Shown in pieces: positions 1 through 10,896 of a stretch of 64,000 nucleotides of DNA. The position numbers and the translations under genes are program-made. A model generated the notes under the pieces. That model was not told where the DNA came from and did not search any database. It saw nothing but the letters and a program-made list of their open reading frames with translations. The stretch is from IMG/VR virus record IMGVR_UViG_3300043411_000921, positions 124,001-188,000 of that record. The stretch is one strand, 5' to 3'. Positions within the stretch are counted from its first letter, which is position 1, and each line of letters starts with the position of its first letter.

Positions 1-288
1 GCCAGTGTCAGCACGAACACCTAGAAACCTTCTGTTTCTTGCAACGTCACCGGGAACAGTGGAAGCCCCAGCTTCTGGTGTTCTTGCGGTTTCTTCTTGT
101 CTGTTGTTGAAGTCTCCAGTTGCCTGTTGAAGAGCAATGGCGGAAGCAACATCTTGACCAGATGTGAAACCGTAATAGTCTCCCAGAGTCCTTTTTAGCT
201 CGGAGAGTCTTTGGTTGCGGAGTGCTCTTAGAGCAGAAGGGCTTTCAACTCCTGTGGAGATTGGTGGTCTTTGACCAAGTGTCAGCAT
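1..288 (-). CDS. 5' part of a late (probably baseplate/tail) gene running off the window edge
   Basis: ATG at 288, frame open to position 1 (MLTLGQRPPIST...); TATTTA motif 6 nt upstream; follows tail genes. Confidence 0.7.
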   Translation of the reverse strand, partial: MLTLGQRPPISTGVESPSALRALRNQRLSELKRTLGDYYGFTSGQDVASAIALQQATGDFNNRQEETARTPEAGASTVPGDVARNRRFLGVRADTG

Positions 289-312
289 GTTCTGTAAATA
301 CAGAACCTTGGA

Positions 313-609
313 TTAGCCCAAATAAGCAAGAGCTTGCTGGAGATTTGGAATCACAATTCTTGTGTTTGGTTTCAGTTGAAGTCCCCAGCCAATGTCACTT
401 GCCGCTGCAATGAGCCAGTAATACCTTCCATCTCCGTAATACTGACCCGCAAGCACATCCAGCCGAATAACTTCTTGAAGGAATATGACTGTGGTTTGGA
501 TTCTTCCAGCTTTGACAGCAGCACGGATTTTCTGAACAGTGTCAGAGGTTCCATACCTGAATCCAAACTCAAGTCTTGGTGTTTGTGAATATCTGCTGAT
601 TGCTGGCAT
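313..609 (-). CDS. LysM / tail-X-like baseplate wedge protein
   Basis: RLDVLAGQYYGDGRYYWLIAAASDI...IVIP is a typical LysM/gpX pattern; tail context. Confidence 0.85.
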   Translation of the reverse strand: MPAISRYSQTPRLEFGFRYGTSDTVQKIRAAVKAGRIQTTVIFLQEVIRLDVLAGQYYGDGRYYWLIAAASDIGWGLQLKPNTRIVIPNLQQALAYLG

Positions 610-614
610 GACCC

Positions 615-3600
615 TTATCCTTTCCTGTTTACGAAGAGTGTCTTGCGTCCAGGATCGTAGTAGTCAACAGGGCTTGGATTGCCAGCAGTGGGCCTAGAAG
701 GATTATCCTGGCCGTTGTTGGCAAAGAAGGTAGAACGATGACCAACGGGCCAAATGGGCGCCCACATAATCCCTTTAGCGTCAAGACCAGGAGTGATGTC
801 GTGGATAACTGCCATTGCCATTGTGACTGTGACAAACTTTGGAGCACGAAGATAGTCACCGCCATCAGTTCCCCATTGTCCCTTGGCTTCTGAATAATCA
901 ACCTTGAAACTCGTCACAACCCCGGCAAGACCTTTTCCTCCCGAAGATTTGAAAGCACGAACGATTGGGTTTTTGCTTTCATCGTAGAACATTGCCGGAT
1001 TCATGTCCGCTGCTCTGACTTCTGAGACAGCTTCGGGATTGTTTTCATTCGTTTGCTGTGTTTCTGTGCTTTGAGAAGCTCGGAACAACTCGACTGCTGT
1101 CATTGTTCTGTTCAAACACGCCTGGGCGCCGTTTAGCTTCCCTATTGGAACTATGATTTCGTCACTTCCTCCATTTGATGGAGTGATGGGTATTGGTGTT
1201 GAGTTTTCGGAAGCAAGATATTGAAACGGTTTCAAAACGACGGTGGCTGTGGTGTTGGAATTCCCCAACGTTCTTCGACTTCTCACTCTCTCACGACCGA
1301 CTCTTGTTCCAACCCACCTTGCTTTAATACGAACTCCTCTACCGCCCCGAACAGGGACGGAACGCCCGTTTATTGTAACTCGAAAACGATTTATTCCAGG
1401 TGTGTGCGCTGGATCCAATACAACAATGTCGTCAGGTCTGAAAACGTCGGAAGGGTTTAGTGTTCTATCGTTTGAAACCCCGGCAGTGAACGGTTTCCCT
1501 GAACGAAGAAGAGCGATGCTCTGAGTTCTTGGTGCCGCATCAAGGAATTCTCTCTCTGCTGTGGAGGTTTGAGAATTTGTTGTTGGCTGAGAAACATTTC
1601 CTGCCGTCCTGGTTCTTTGGTATTGACCATTGACATTGTATTCTTCGTCCGTAGTGATACCAAACAACCTAGCAACAGCCATCTTGCTGTAATTTGACTT
1701 GAACAAGTCTCCAAGTCTCAAGCGAATAACGGGTGTTGCTCCTGGAATCTGTGAGAACGGCTGGATGAAGTGAAGGTTGCCAACTTCAATCTTTCTTCCT
1801 TGAGTCCATTGAGGGTAAATGAACATGGCGAGTCTGTTCAGCTTGTACCACATCAAATCATGGTCTTCTGGGTTGGTTGCAACCATTTTGAACGAAACGT
1901 TGATGTTCCTGGTTGCACCCTTGTAGATCTGGACCTTATCCATGCGTCCATAACCTTCTTGAGCACTGTATTCCACACTGAAATCATCAGCAACATCCTC
2001 CAGAAACGCATGAAAAGAAAGGATTTCATTTGTTCTTAGGTCTTGCATGTAGAACGGCATGTAGTCAGCTTCCAGAGTGTCTTCCATTCGTTTGACAACT
2101 TCTGCTGGAAGTCTGTCCTTTTGAAGTGTTCTCGTTTTTTCGTCTGCGGAAAGGGTTACACCACCAAGAGTATCATCTCCAATGGGAACAACCTGCAAAC
2201 CCATTTCCTGCCAGTGTCCAGCCCTTGAAGGTTGAGAACGATCAACACCAGCACCAGCAAAACTTCCATTGCCTCCCCACAAAGGAATTTGAAGCATTCC
2301 TGCCGTTCTGTTGCTCCAAGCCATCTCACCAGTGCTCAACCTGGATTTAGCAACGAGGAAGTCTCTTGAGTCTGGAAGGCTGTCAACGTATGACATCGTT
2401 CCTCCATCTCCAGACCCTTGAGGATTTTGAACGTTCGCTTGTGTTTGCTCTTCAAACCCAGTCTGGAACAGTACCTTGTCACCAACCTGCATCAACACAT
2501 TGATAAACTTGGTGATCTTCAAGTCACGAATCTTACGAACAAGGTTGCCAATTCCAGTGATGCCAACACCACCAGAAAAATCAGAAGAAGCAACCTCAAC
2601 CAGAGTGATTCCGCTTCTCAAAATCTCTCTGAGGATAACGTTGAGTCTTCCACTTTCGGAGAGAACACGCAAAGAAGTGTTTGCAACCGCGGCATTCACA
2701 GGACCATTCCCAGAGAAGCTGAATCCAAAGAATTCACGGATTCCTGCATTGAGAGCGTCTTCCGCGTTGTGTCTTGTTGTTGTGAATATGCCTTCAACAC
2801 CAAGGAATTGAGTGAGAACATCTGTTGCGGAGTTGGCAGACGTTGGATATACGCTGGAGTCTTGAAGCGTTGAGACTCCGAGCAGTTGTCTTTTTTCTTG
2901 TGCGGTGAGATTGACGAAGTTGCTTTCTTCATCTGTTGGGTTTGCAACACGAACAAGTGCCACGATTCCGTTGAGGACTGTGACATAGGAAAGGATCATT
3001 GCGATGGCAAGTGCGACTTGTCCTGTCGGGAGGAGGGAATCAAATTGAGAGTAAGCATTATAGAAGCTGCCATAGCTCATAACGGCATTATCCGTGTCAA
3101 TGAATCCAGGGTTCGAGGGTTTCTCTGCTCCGGTCATCTTCTTCAACTGATAAGCCGCTGTGAACCGCCCAAGCGATACTCTTTTTCCTATCCTCTGCTC
3201 AGAAGGAATTGTCATCCTCCTGGCTTCAGCTTCAATCACCGAAGCAGGATCTGAACTCTTGACAACAAAATCAAGTCCTGCTGCTCCTTGAACACCCTCA
3301 AACATCATGTTCAACCCAATGTCTTTGAGAGATTCAACGGTCAAAGCCCCAAAATCAGTTGGGTTCTCTCCGTTTGGAGTAGAACGAACATAGCTTCCAG
3401 TTGCATAGGTTCCTGGTTGCTTGTAGAACACAGAACCAAGTCGGATTCTGTTGTCTGGATTATCAGAACTATCCGTTGGTTGGAAGAATCGGTTGTCGCT
3501 GTTCTGTCCACGGGTTGCCAACAAAACACTATCCAGCAAATCCCCATGTGCTTTGCCAGAGTTACCATTAACAGCAGTTCTGTTGTAGAAAGCAAGCTGG

Positions 3601-4007
3601 AATGCTCTTGTCCCAGGCTCCGTTGTCTTTTGGTGAGTTCCAAGAGTGTCTGGAAAAGTTGTTTGCTCCGGGAAGAAGGTTGGTTTTGAATTTAGTTCAT
3701 TCTCGGCGTTTGGAATACCGCTAACAACTCTATCAACATACCTTCTTTGCTCCGGTTCTTGAGTGACACCAAAAGTTGCTGGGATGATAGGGAGCCCAGC
3801 GATTGGAATTGAGTTCCCTTGTGTTTGTTGTGTTGCATATTCAACCATTCTGTTGATGGTTGATTCAGCAATGTCGTGTCCGTCGTCAATCCTTGGAGAA
3901 ACGGGTGTTTCTCCATTGTCATTCCTATAAGAAATGGCGAGCCTTCTCCTTGTGGGATTGGTTGCAGCTTCGTAAAGAAGTTCAGGATCGACAGGTTGGA
4001 TAGGCAC
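615..4007 (-). CDS. large baseplate hub / tail-tube-initiator-like structural protein
   Basis: 1130 aa between tape measure and LysM gene; GYGRMDKVQIYKGATRNINVSF and PVIRLRLGDLF resemble tube-initiator segments. Confidence 0.7.
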   Translation of the reverse strand: MPIQPVDPELLYEAATNPTRRRLAISYRNDNGETPVSPRIDDGHDIAESTINRMVEYATQQTQGNSIPIAGLPIIPATFGVTQEPEQRRYVDRVVSGIPNAENELNSKPTFFPEQTTFPDTLGTHQKTTEPGTRAFQLAFYNRTAVNGNSGKAHGDLLDSVLLATRGQNSDNRFFQPTDSSDNPDNRIRLGSVFYKQPGTYATGSYVRSTPNGENPTDFGALTVESLKDIGLNMMFEGVQGAAGLDFVVKSSDPASVIEAEARRMTIPSEQRIGKRVSLGRFTAAYQLKKMTGAEKPSNPGFIDTDNAVMSYGSFYNAYSQFDSLLPTGQVALAIAMILSYVTVLNGIVALVRVANPTDEESNFVNLTAQEKRQLLGVSTLQDSSVYPTSANSATDVLTQFLGVEGIFTTTRHNAEDALNAGIREFFGFSFSGNGPVNAAVANTSLRVLSESGRLNVILREILRSGITLVEVASSDFSGGVGITGIGNLVRKIRDLKITKFINVLMQVGDKVLFQTGFEEQTQANVQNPQGSGDGGTMSYVDSLPDSRDFLVAKSRLSTGEMAWSNRTAGMLQIPLWGGNGSFAGAGVDRSQPSRAGHWQEMGLQVVPIGDDTLGGVTLSADEKTRTLQKDRLPAEVVKRMEDTLEADYMPFYMQDLRTNEILSFHAFLEDVADDFSVEYSAQEGYGRMDKVQIYKGATRNINVSFKMVATNPEDHDLMWYKLNRLAMFIYPQWTQGRKIEVGNLHFIQPFSQIPGATPVIRLRLGDLFKSNYSKMAVARLFGITTDEEYNVNGQYQRTRTAGNVSQPTTNSQTSTAEREFLDAAPRTQSIALLRSGKPFTAGVSNDRTLNPSDVFRPDDIVVLDPAHTPGINRFRVTINGRSVPVRGGRGVRIKARWVGTRVGRERVRSRRTLGNSNTTATVVLKPFQYLASENSTPIPITPSNGGSDEIIVPIGKLNGAQACLNRTMTAVELFRASQSTETQQTNENNPEAVSEVRAADMNPAMFYDESKNPIVRAFKSSGGKGLAGVVTSFKVDYSEAKGQWGTDGGDYLRAPKFVTVTMAMAVIHDITPGLDAKGIMWAPIWPVGHRSTFFANNGQDNPSRPTAGNPSPVDYYDPGRKTLFVNRKG

Positions 4008-4015
4008 CCAACTAA

Positions 4016-4186
4016 CTAGCCAATCAGGCTTTTTTGAAGGGTTTCCCCAGCTTTCTGCATAGTTTGAACCAAATCCTCAATCGCCCGGCGAGCTATTTCC
4101 CTTTGTTTCTCATCCGTAATTTGGAGAAGAGCCTCCTCCACGATCGGGTTGGTTAGCACAGAAGGTTTGGTGTTGTTGTTATCCAT
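4016..4186 (-). CDS. small hypothetical protein
   Basis: MDNNNTKPSV..., start overlaps the tape measure stop; amphipathic helices. Confidence 0.6.
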   Translation of the reverse strand: MDNNNTKPSVLTNPIVEEALLQITDEKQREIARRAIEDLVQTMQKAGETLQKSLIG

Positions 4187-7100
4187 TGTTTCTGATTGTA
4201 GCCACTGGGTTGAATGCAGCAGCAGCAAGTCTTGCTGGAGTTGGTGATGTGGCATTGGTTCTTTCTGTTTGTGTCTTCATTGCCATCACGATGTCAGCCG
4301 CACTCATTTTCACTTCAACGTTGATTGTGGCATTTACAGCAGCATTCCTGATTGTTGCTGTTTGGACACCGCCAAGACGATCACCAAGAGCGTTCAGTGT
4401 CACTTGAAGGGGTTGTGTTCCTTGTCCAAGAGTTGCAAGATCTCTGGAGAAAGTGTTGTAACTCTCAACCATTGCTCTGACATTGGCAGTGAGCCCACCG
4501 ACAAGGTTGTTTTTGACTTGCCTGATTGTTCTTTTGCTCTGGGCAAAAGTTTTTGAATCATCAGAGAAGAACTCACCAAGTTGACCGATGACACCATCTG
4601 GACCAAGCAACGTTGTGAGATGTTGATTCAGCGTTGTAACACTTCCTGCCGGGATTGTCAGAGTCAATCCAGCGATAGTGGTGGTGGAAGAAAACATTTC
4701 GCTCATCGCTGAGGCGATTGTAGTGAGTTTTGATCCTTTTCCTCTCAGGTTCCTAGCGATTTGTGGAATCCTTTCAAAGAAACTGGCATCGCTGAGAAAT
4801 GCACTCGATCTAATTTCGGAGATGGTGTTTGACAGAATTTGAAGAGGAACGCCAACAGAATCGGAGGAAGAAGATGTTGTACTTGTTCCGGCAAGATCTT
4901 TGAGGGTCTTGGTTGCTTCCACCATAACCTTGATGGATTCAAACGTCTGCTTCAACATTTGAATCTTGCTTGAAAAACTACGAGGGAAAGTCAAGTCGCC
5001 AATTCCTTTCAGAACGGCTTCAAAAGATCTTTTGTGCCCACCAGAACCAGGAACGTCTGGAAGTGCTCTATCCAGAACAAAATAAGACAGTAATGCCAAG
5101 GTTGGGACAAACACCTCAGACCAAACATTCAGTTGTCTTGAGTTTCCTCCACCAGAAGGAACTCTGAAGCTGGAGACAACCGATCCAAGCTGTGTCACCA
5201 GATCCAAAACAGATTTCACCGCTTTGACTTTGGTTGAAAGAGAAGGAGGAATGTTGATTTTTTTAACTGCTTCAACCATTTGTGGAAGTGTAGTCACCAA
5301 GTTCTGTATTGTTGAGGAAATAGATTGGATCATGAATCCAATTTGGAGCCCGATCATTTGGATTTGATCAGTGTCTGCCCCATTTCCTGCCTTGACATTC
5401 CTTGTGAGGTTTGAAACGGCTTCGATTGTTGGGGCAATCACAGAAGTCACCGTTTTGATCAACTCAGAGACAACAGAAAGACCTCTGATCTTGGCTGGGT
5501 TTGTTGGTGCGGCAGCAATCAATCCATTCAAAGAAGAAATGATGCCCTCTTTACCTTCGGAGCCAACAAGCAGAGATTGAATTGATGAAGCAAGCTGTCC
5601 AATGAAGTTTTGAACGGTTGCCATCTTGTCTCTCAACACATCAATGGAAGAACCTCCACTGATCACGTTGACCAAAGAATCAAACCCTTCCATAAAACTT
5701 CCCGAATCACTTGACAGCAAACCAGAAACTCCTGTCAGAACACTGGAGACTGTTTCAGAGATTGCCGAGAGAACTGGGCCGATCGCTTTGACGGCTTCTA
5801 TGTTCGTAATTCCTGATGCAAACCCCAGCACAGAAGTTATCACTCCAGAAAGAGCGCCTTGCAGGGAAGGAAGAACGGTTGTTGCAATGAGTCTGAGAGC
5901 ATTAGATTTTTGTTCGATGACATACTGGTCAACTCCCATCAGCCAATTACCGGCAGATACATCGAATTGGGTGAGAAGGGTTCCAACTCCACCCAACAAC
6001 GATCCAAGACCAGTGCTAACCGCTGTAAACACAGCCGCAGAAGTCCTCATCCTCTCCGAATCAGCACTTCCAATATTCATTCCATCCAACTGTCTAATCA
6101 GTACCGTAATGACTCCATCGGTTTGGTTTGTTAGCACGCCCAACAAACTGGTAAGATCGCCAACGGTACGCTGAACGGCATCGGCGGTGTTGTGTGAAAA
6201 CACACTATTTCCCACAGAAGACAAAATATGCGTCAAAGGGGCAATTAGAGCCGAAATTCCTTGAGCAACGACTTCAAAAAGCCTTGCCTTTGCCTGCAAG
6301 ACAGAAACATCTCCAGGCATGTTATTCAACATGCCCAGAATGTCAATCGCTTTTGCGGCAATCAAACTTACCATATCTTGCAAAACATTGAGAGGATTTG
6401 CATTCCTGGAAAATATTCCAGCAAAGCTACCGAGGGCGGCGAGGGGTGCAGAAACAGCCAACAAACCGATTACGGCGGCCATTCTTCCAAAAATTCCAAC
6501 AAAGGTAAGAAGAATTTCGGTTGCTTGAGTTGCAGCCCCCATTTTTTCTGGGCTGATGGCCGCGATGAGTCCACGAATTGTTACCCCGGCGAAAACTGCG
6601 ACTCCCGCAAGAACCGCACCAACAGTTAGCAATCCCCCAAAAATGAACCCGAGGCCCATGCCACCCGAAGCTTCAATTGCCGCTCCCAAACCAGCAAGAA
6701 TGGGCATTGCTGCCGCCATCCCAACCAACAACAGAGTCATCACACCAAACAGAGCAGTAACAACAGCAACGTCTTGTGGTGAAACACCCGATTTCTTGTA
6801 AAGAAGAGACAGACCAATCACGGCTGCTGCCATCAAAGAAACACCAGCAATCAAAATCAACATAGACCCAGCAAGCCTCATAAGGGATTGTCCCGTCTGC
6901 CTTGTTGTTGTTGCTTGCTTCATGATGTCTCCTGGAGACATTGCCCCAGACCCCGCTGCTCCTCCTGCTTTAGCTGCCGATGCTGCAACCGTATTCACAG
7001 ACCTAGCTGCACCAAACAAATAAGATCCAAGAGCTTTGAACATCAATGCTCCTGTTCCTCTGACAAGATCTGTTACCAATCCAGGAGCAAAGTAAGCAAG

Positions 7101-9182
7101 AAGAATTTTTCCAAGGTTTGGTTTGATGTAATCTTGGTAGAGTTTATCTGCCATGAGTTTTATCAAGCCCCACAAGGCACCAGCAGCCTCAAGAAAGACC
7201 GGCTTCAATTCTCGCTCCAGATACCCAGCCATACCGGCAAACGACCCGGAAATACCCTCCACGGTCGATTGCGCGGTATCCAAAAAGGCTCTCGGATTCT
7301 TGATAAACTCAGTGATCGTTTTCAGTGCATCTCTGAGAGAAGTCAAACCATGCTTAATTGCCGCAACGGAAATTACAAAGATCGCATTCCAATAAGCCTT
7401 CAATCCATCAACAAAACGTCTTCCTGCTGGAGAACCTGAGTTGAAGAAGTCAAAGAAATTCTTCTTCATGTTCTTCATAAAGGTTTCGACTCCACCGCGA
7501 GGATCTGTTCTCAAAGCTCTGAAGAAGGTTTGGAATTCTCCCACAACCTTTTTCATCAGGCTTCTGAATCGAGCAGGATCAAACATCTCTTTCAGAGACT
7601 TGAGGATTTCGATGACGCCTGGGAACTCTTTGACGAACATGCGTCCGACTTGTCGTCCAGCCATGAAGACAACACGCATACTTCGCTGCAACGCAATAAC
7701 AACTTCTCGAAACTCACGAGTTCGTTGCATTCCTTGCAAGAATCCATCTACAAACATATCAAGGAAGGAACCTTTTAGAGCTCCTCCTGATTGAACCAGT
7801 CTCTTAATCGACTCAGCCAGGGTCTTCATTGCTTCCGCCTGGGAAATCTGAGTTTTTTGTGCTTTCTTCATCTGAGCATCGAGTTGGGCGCCACTCAACG
7901 CTCTGTTCTTCTGAGCAAACGCAATTCTAAGAGTTTCTTCGGTCATTCCTGTGGTGTCAGCAAGGTATTTCCTTTGCGCCACAGACATGCTTTCTATGTT
8001 TTGTCCCGTCTTGAAGAAGGCTTGGCGATACATGTCCATTTTTTTGGTTGGATCTGTTTCGCTCATCAACTTCATCGCATCAATCTGGATGTTAAATGCT
8101 TCAGAAAGTTTGGCAGACTGGGAGGCAGCATCCTCGAAGTTCAGAGTCTTCTCCATGATGCCTTTCAAGGCTTCCATCGAGATTCCGAGCTTGCGAGCAT
8201 ACACGCTCACCTTCAACATCTGTTGAGGTGCCAAAATACCAAAACTTGCCGTCTCTTTCATCATGAAGTCAAGGTCTTTGCCCATTTCCTTGACTGAGAT
8301 GCCGAAAGCTCTTTCTGCCCGAGCCATGTCTTTGACCATGTTTCGGATCGCAGTTCCAGTTCTTTGACCAGAGTTTTCAGCAGTTAGTTGTATTGATTTG
8401 AATGCTTCCGCACCAAGACCTGTGGACTTGCGAAGCACAGTCATTTCTGACTCTGCACCTCGAATTCCAGCAGCAAACCTGTTGAAGATTGGCCCCATGC
8501 CCTTGGCCAACTCCATGTTTTCAGTCAAAAGCTTTGCAAGACCCTCCCTCCCATACCCAAAGACTCGACTCATGCGAAGGCCAGCTTCACCCAGTCCTTT
8601 CATGTCCTCGGTCATCCTTCTCACAGACTGAGAAGTTCCGATCTTCAAGTTACCAAATTCTTCTCTGAGATTTTCCAGAGCTTCTCGGTAAGGGTCAACA
8701 CCACTTCCAGCAGCCTTCTGGAAGAAGTCCATCAATCTTCCCGGAAGAGACAGAAGAAGCATTGCGATGTCAGCCGCCAAATCCTTGATTGGCCCAGCAA
8801 ACGACAAAATGTTTCTGAGAAGATTGTTTGAGAGCTTGATTCCAGACTTGAATCCATTGATAAATTCAAGCGGAACTGCAAGAGTTCTAACAGCAACAGC
8901 AACCTTTTGGGTTGCTGAACTCATCTTGTTGATTTGTTCTTCGGTAACGACTGCTTCTCTGCCAAAGCCTTTGGTTTTTTCCTGGGCTTCCTGAAGGTTT
9001 TCTGTGACTTCCTTGAGTTTGGAAGAGTCAAGGTTGTTGAAGCAGTCTTGTGCTTTACAAATGGCTTCTACGAACCCTGCTTGTTTCGAATAGACTTCAG
9101 CTTGCTTTTCCAGTTGCAGAGTGATCTGCTGCATGGTTGCAAGAAGCTGTTGAGTCAGTTTTAGGTTGTCAGCAGTTGCCAT
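4179..9182 (-). CDS. tail tape measure protein
   Basis: 1667 aa, helical Ala/Gly/Leu-rich with a central hydrophobic block; upstream of baseplate genes. Confidence 0.88.
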   Translation of the reverse strand: MATADNLKLTQQLLATMQQITLQLEKQAEVYSKQAGFVEAICKAQDCFNNLDSSKLKEVTENLQEAQEKTKGFGREAVVTEEQINKMSSATQKVAVAVRTLAVPLEFINGFKSGIKLSNNLLRNILSFAGPIKDLAADIAMLLLSLPGRLMDFFQKAAGSGVDPYREALENLREEFGNLKIGTSQSVRRMTEDMKGLGEAGLRMSRVFGYGREGLAKLLTENMELAKGMGPIFNRFAAGIRGAESEMTVLRKSTGLGAEAFKSIQLTAENSGQRTGTAIRNMVKDMARAERAFGISVKEMGKDLDFMMKETASFGILAPQQMLKVSVYARKLGISMEALKGIMEKTLNFEDAASQSAKLSEAFNIQIDAMKLMSETDPTKKMDMYRQAFFKTGQNIESMSVAQRKYLADTTGMTEETLRIAFAQKNRALSGAQLDAQMKKAQKTQISQAEAMKTLAESIKRLVQSGGALKGSFLDMFVDGFLQGMQRTREFREVVIALQRSMRVVFMAGRQVGRMFVKEFPGVIEILKSLKEMFDPARFRSLMKKVVGEFQTFFRALRTDPRGGVETFMKNMKKNFFDFFNSGSPAGRRFVDGLKAYWNAIFVISVAAIKHGLTSLRDALKTITEFIKNPRAFLDTAQSTVEGISGSFAGMAGYLERELKPVFLEAAGALWGLIKLMADKLYQDYIKPNLGKILLAYFAPGLVTDLVRGTGALMFKALGSYLFGAARSVNTVAASAAKAGGAAGSGAMSPGDIMKQATTTRQTGQSLMRLAGSMLILIAGVSLMAAAVIGLSLLYKKSGVSPQDVAVVTALFGVMTLLLVGMAAAMPILAGLGAAIEASGGMGLGFIFGGLLTVGAVLAGVAVFAGVTIRGLIAAISPEKMGAATQATEILLTFVGIFGRMAAVIGLLAVSAPLAALGSFAGIFSRNANPLNVLQDMVSLIAAKAIDILGMLNNMPGDVSVLQAKARLFEVVAQGISALIAPLTHILSSVGNSVFSHNTADAVQRTVGDLTSLLGVLTNQTDGVITVLIRQLDGMNIGSADSERMRTSAAVFTAVSTGLGSLLGGVGTLLTQFDVSAGNWLMGVDQYVIEQKSNALRLIATTVLPSLQGALSGVITSVLGFASGITNIEAVKAIGPVLSAISETVSSVLTGVSGLLSSDSGSFMEGFDSLVNVISGGSSIDVLRDKMATVQNFIGQLASSIQSLLVGSEGKEGIISSLNGLIAAAPTNPAKIRGLSVVSELIKTVTSVIAPTIEAVSNLTRNVKAGNGADTDQIQMIGLQIGFMIQSISSTIQNLVTTLPQMVEAVKKINIPPSLSTKVKAVKSVLDLVTQLGSVVSSFRVPSGGGNSRQLNVWSEVFVPTLALLSYFVLDRALPDVPGSGGHKRSFEAVLKGIGDLTFPRSFSSKIQMLKQTFESIKVMVEATKTLKDLAGTSTTSSSSDSVGVPLQILSNTISEIRSSAFLSDASFFERIPQIARNLRGKGSKLTTIASAMSEMFSSTTTIAGLTLTIPAGSVTTLNQHLTTLLGPDGVIGQLGEFFSDDSKTFAQSKRTIRQVKNNLVGGLTANVRAMVESYNTFSRDLATLGQGTQPLQVTLNALGDRLGGVQTATIRNAAVNATINVEVKMSAADIVMAMKTQTERTNATSPTPARLAAAAFNPVATIRNNG

Positions 9183-9238
9183 GTTTTGCGAAAATAAGTA
9201 GACAACAGACGTTTTGGAAAAGCGTACTTATGACAACC

Positions 9239-9604
9239 ATGACCGATCCAGCAAGCCCAGAAGCAGAAGAAACCAACGAGGTCTCAGAAGAAATCCTCAA
9301 GGAATATTTGAAGGTTCTTCCAATGCCAACAGGCATCGAAACCTATAAAATGACAACGCTGGGCAAGTTGGTATTTGCAAGTCTTCTTGCCTCAATGGCA
9401 ACAGGACAACGTTCACCTTTCAAGCTCTCTGGCGATCCAAAAAAACTGGAGGTTCTTGCTAAGGTTGTTCAGTCATCCAAACGTTTTCAAGATGAGATCA
9501 GGAAGCCTGGAGCTTCTGTTGACTCAGTGATTCGCGCTATGGATTTGAAGAATATCGACGCAAGAACATTCAGAGCACACTTCGGCGCTCCTTGGCCTTT
9601 GTGA
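9239..9604 (+). CDS. hypothetical protein (late)
   Basis: Clean ORF; TACTTA at 9225-9230; start 9230 or 9239. Confidence 0.7.
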   Translation: MTDPASPEAEETNEVSEEILKEYLKVLPMPTGIETYKMTTLGKLVFASLLASMATGQRSPFKLSGDPKKLEVLAKVVQSSKRFQDEIRKPGASVDSVIRAMDLKNIDARTFRAHFGAPWPL

Positions 9605-9620
9605 TCGCTGAAGAGGGTTT

Positions 9621-9809
9621 ATGTCAAGATCAATTCCAAGAAGGCAAGCACGAGTAGATCAAACAACAGCAACAGAATTCATTGTCACGGTTCCAACAAC
9701 CATTGAAGGAATCAATGTCAAGACAACCATTGAAAACTTGATTGCTGAAAACAGAAGACTCACTGCCAGAATCGTTGAACTCGAAAGAAAGACAGCCGCT
9801 CTTCCCTGA
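9621..9809 (+). CDS. small coiled-coil protein
   Basis: GAGGG RBS; LIAENRRLTARIVELERK heptads. Confidence 0.65.
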   Translation: MSRSIPRRQARVDQTTATEFIVTVPTTIEGINVKTTIENLIAENRRLTARIVELERKTAALP

Positions 9810-9824
9810 ATCAACGCTACGGGG

Positions 9825-9919
9825 TCTATACGCCTTATTACGGGCTTGGAATTGTTTTGATGGGTGAGAGGGTGTTCGGGGAATTTGCTGGCACTGCTGA
9901 GGCGTATAGAACGATTTGG
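9825..9919. repeat. ~95-bp inverted-arm element, copy 1
   Basis: tctatacgcct (9825-9835) / aggcgtataga (9900-9910) + acgattt; related copies at 29600 and 55206. Confidence 0.75.
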
Positions 9920-9926
9920 AAATGGA

Positions 9927-10544
9927 TCAGTTGAAGAACCTGAGTTTTTCTTCTTGACCTTGAACCCAGTGTGTGAGACACCTTGGTTCGTAAGTCTCAG
10001 CACCACCAATCAAAACCTGTTCAGTGCTAGAAGCTGAAAGTTTTCTGAAAGTTCTTGTTGCTGTTACTTCTCCACAGACAGAACAAATACCAACAAGTTT
10101 GAAAACGCTGTTTGCAATGGAAAGAAGTTCTGGCATGATCTTGAATGGTTTACCTTCACTGTCGAGGTCAAGACCAACCGCGATCACATCAATTCCAGAC
10201 AAGAGAACTTCTTCAATCTTTTCTGGGAAGTGAGGACCAAAGAACTGGATCTCATCAACCAGGAGAACGTCAATATTGGTGAGGAGTTCTTGAGATGGGA
10301 AGCTGTCTGTTTGGATTCGGTGAACGAAGTGTCCTGTGTGTTTCTGGAGTGAGACGCCATCGTGCGAAATGACATCTTCATCGCTGAAACGATTGTCGAT
10401 TGATGGTTTGATAACAAGAACTCTGTTTCCGTCTTCAAGACTGTCTTGCAATTCAGCAATGAGTGCTGTTGTTTTTCCAGACATCATTGGTCCAGCGTAG
10501 ATCGTCAAACGCCCAGCTTGTTTTGGTGTTGGTTGTGTTCTCAT
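9927..10544 (-). CDS. tdk: thymidine kinase
   Basis: GPMMSGKTT, KPSIDNRF, VDEIQFF, CSVC, IGGAETYEPRC. Confidence 0.95.
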   Translation of the reverse strand: MRTQPTPKQAGRLTIYAGPMMSGKTTALIAELQDSLEDGNRVLVIKPSIDNRFSDEDVISHDGVSLQKHTGHFVHRIQTDSFPSQELLTNIDVLLVDEIQFFGPHFPEKIEEVLLSGIDVIAVGLDLDSEGKPFKIMPELLSIANSVFKLVGICSVCGEVTATRTFRKLSASSTEQVLIGGAETYEPRCLTHWVQGQEEKLRFFN

Positions 10545-10855
10545 GGTTTGAATTTGTACTCCAGAATCAGGTTTGGTGCTGATTTGTTGAAAGTGATAAT
10601 CCCAACATCTTTGTGTTCGATAACACGAACGAGTGTTCCTCCTGCGTCATATTGACGAATGATCAAGCAGGCAAACCTTGTTTTTGGTTCGGCAAGAAAG
10701 ATGTGATTTGTTTGAATTGGCGCCAAAGGTCTTGTCAGCCACAGAGCAGCGAATGGATGTTCTGGTGATGATGACAAACGTGATTTGGAAGCATCGAACT
10801 CGTAGAGTTCTGGTGTGTTGGGAAGGCTTAGTGTGTAGGTGAAGTGGTTTGACAT
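10541..10855 (-). CDS. hypothetical protein
   Basis: ORF coupled to tdk by an ATGA overlap. Confidence 0.6.
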   Translation of the reverse strand: MSNHFTYTLSLPNTPELYEFDASKSRLSSSPEHPFAALWLTRPLAPIQTNHIFLAEPKTRFACLIIRQYDAGGTLVRVIEHKDVGIITFNKSAPNLILEYKFKP

Positions 10856-10896
10856 GCTGTTTGGAGTGTTCAGAGTTATGCTACAAGATGTTTCGG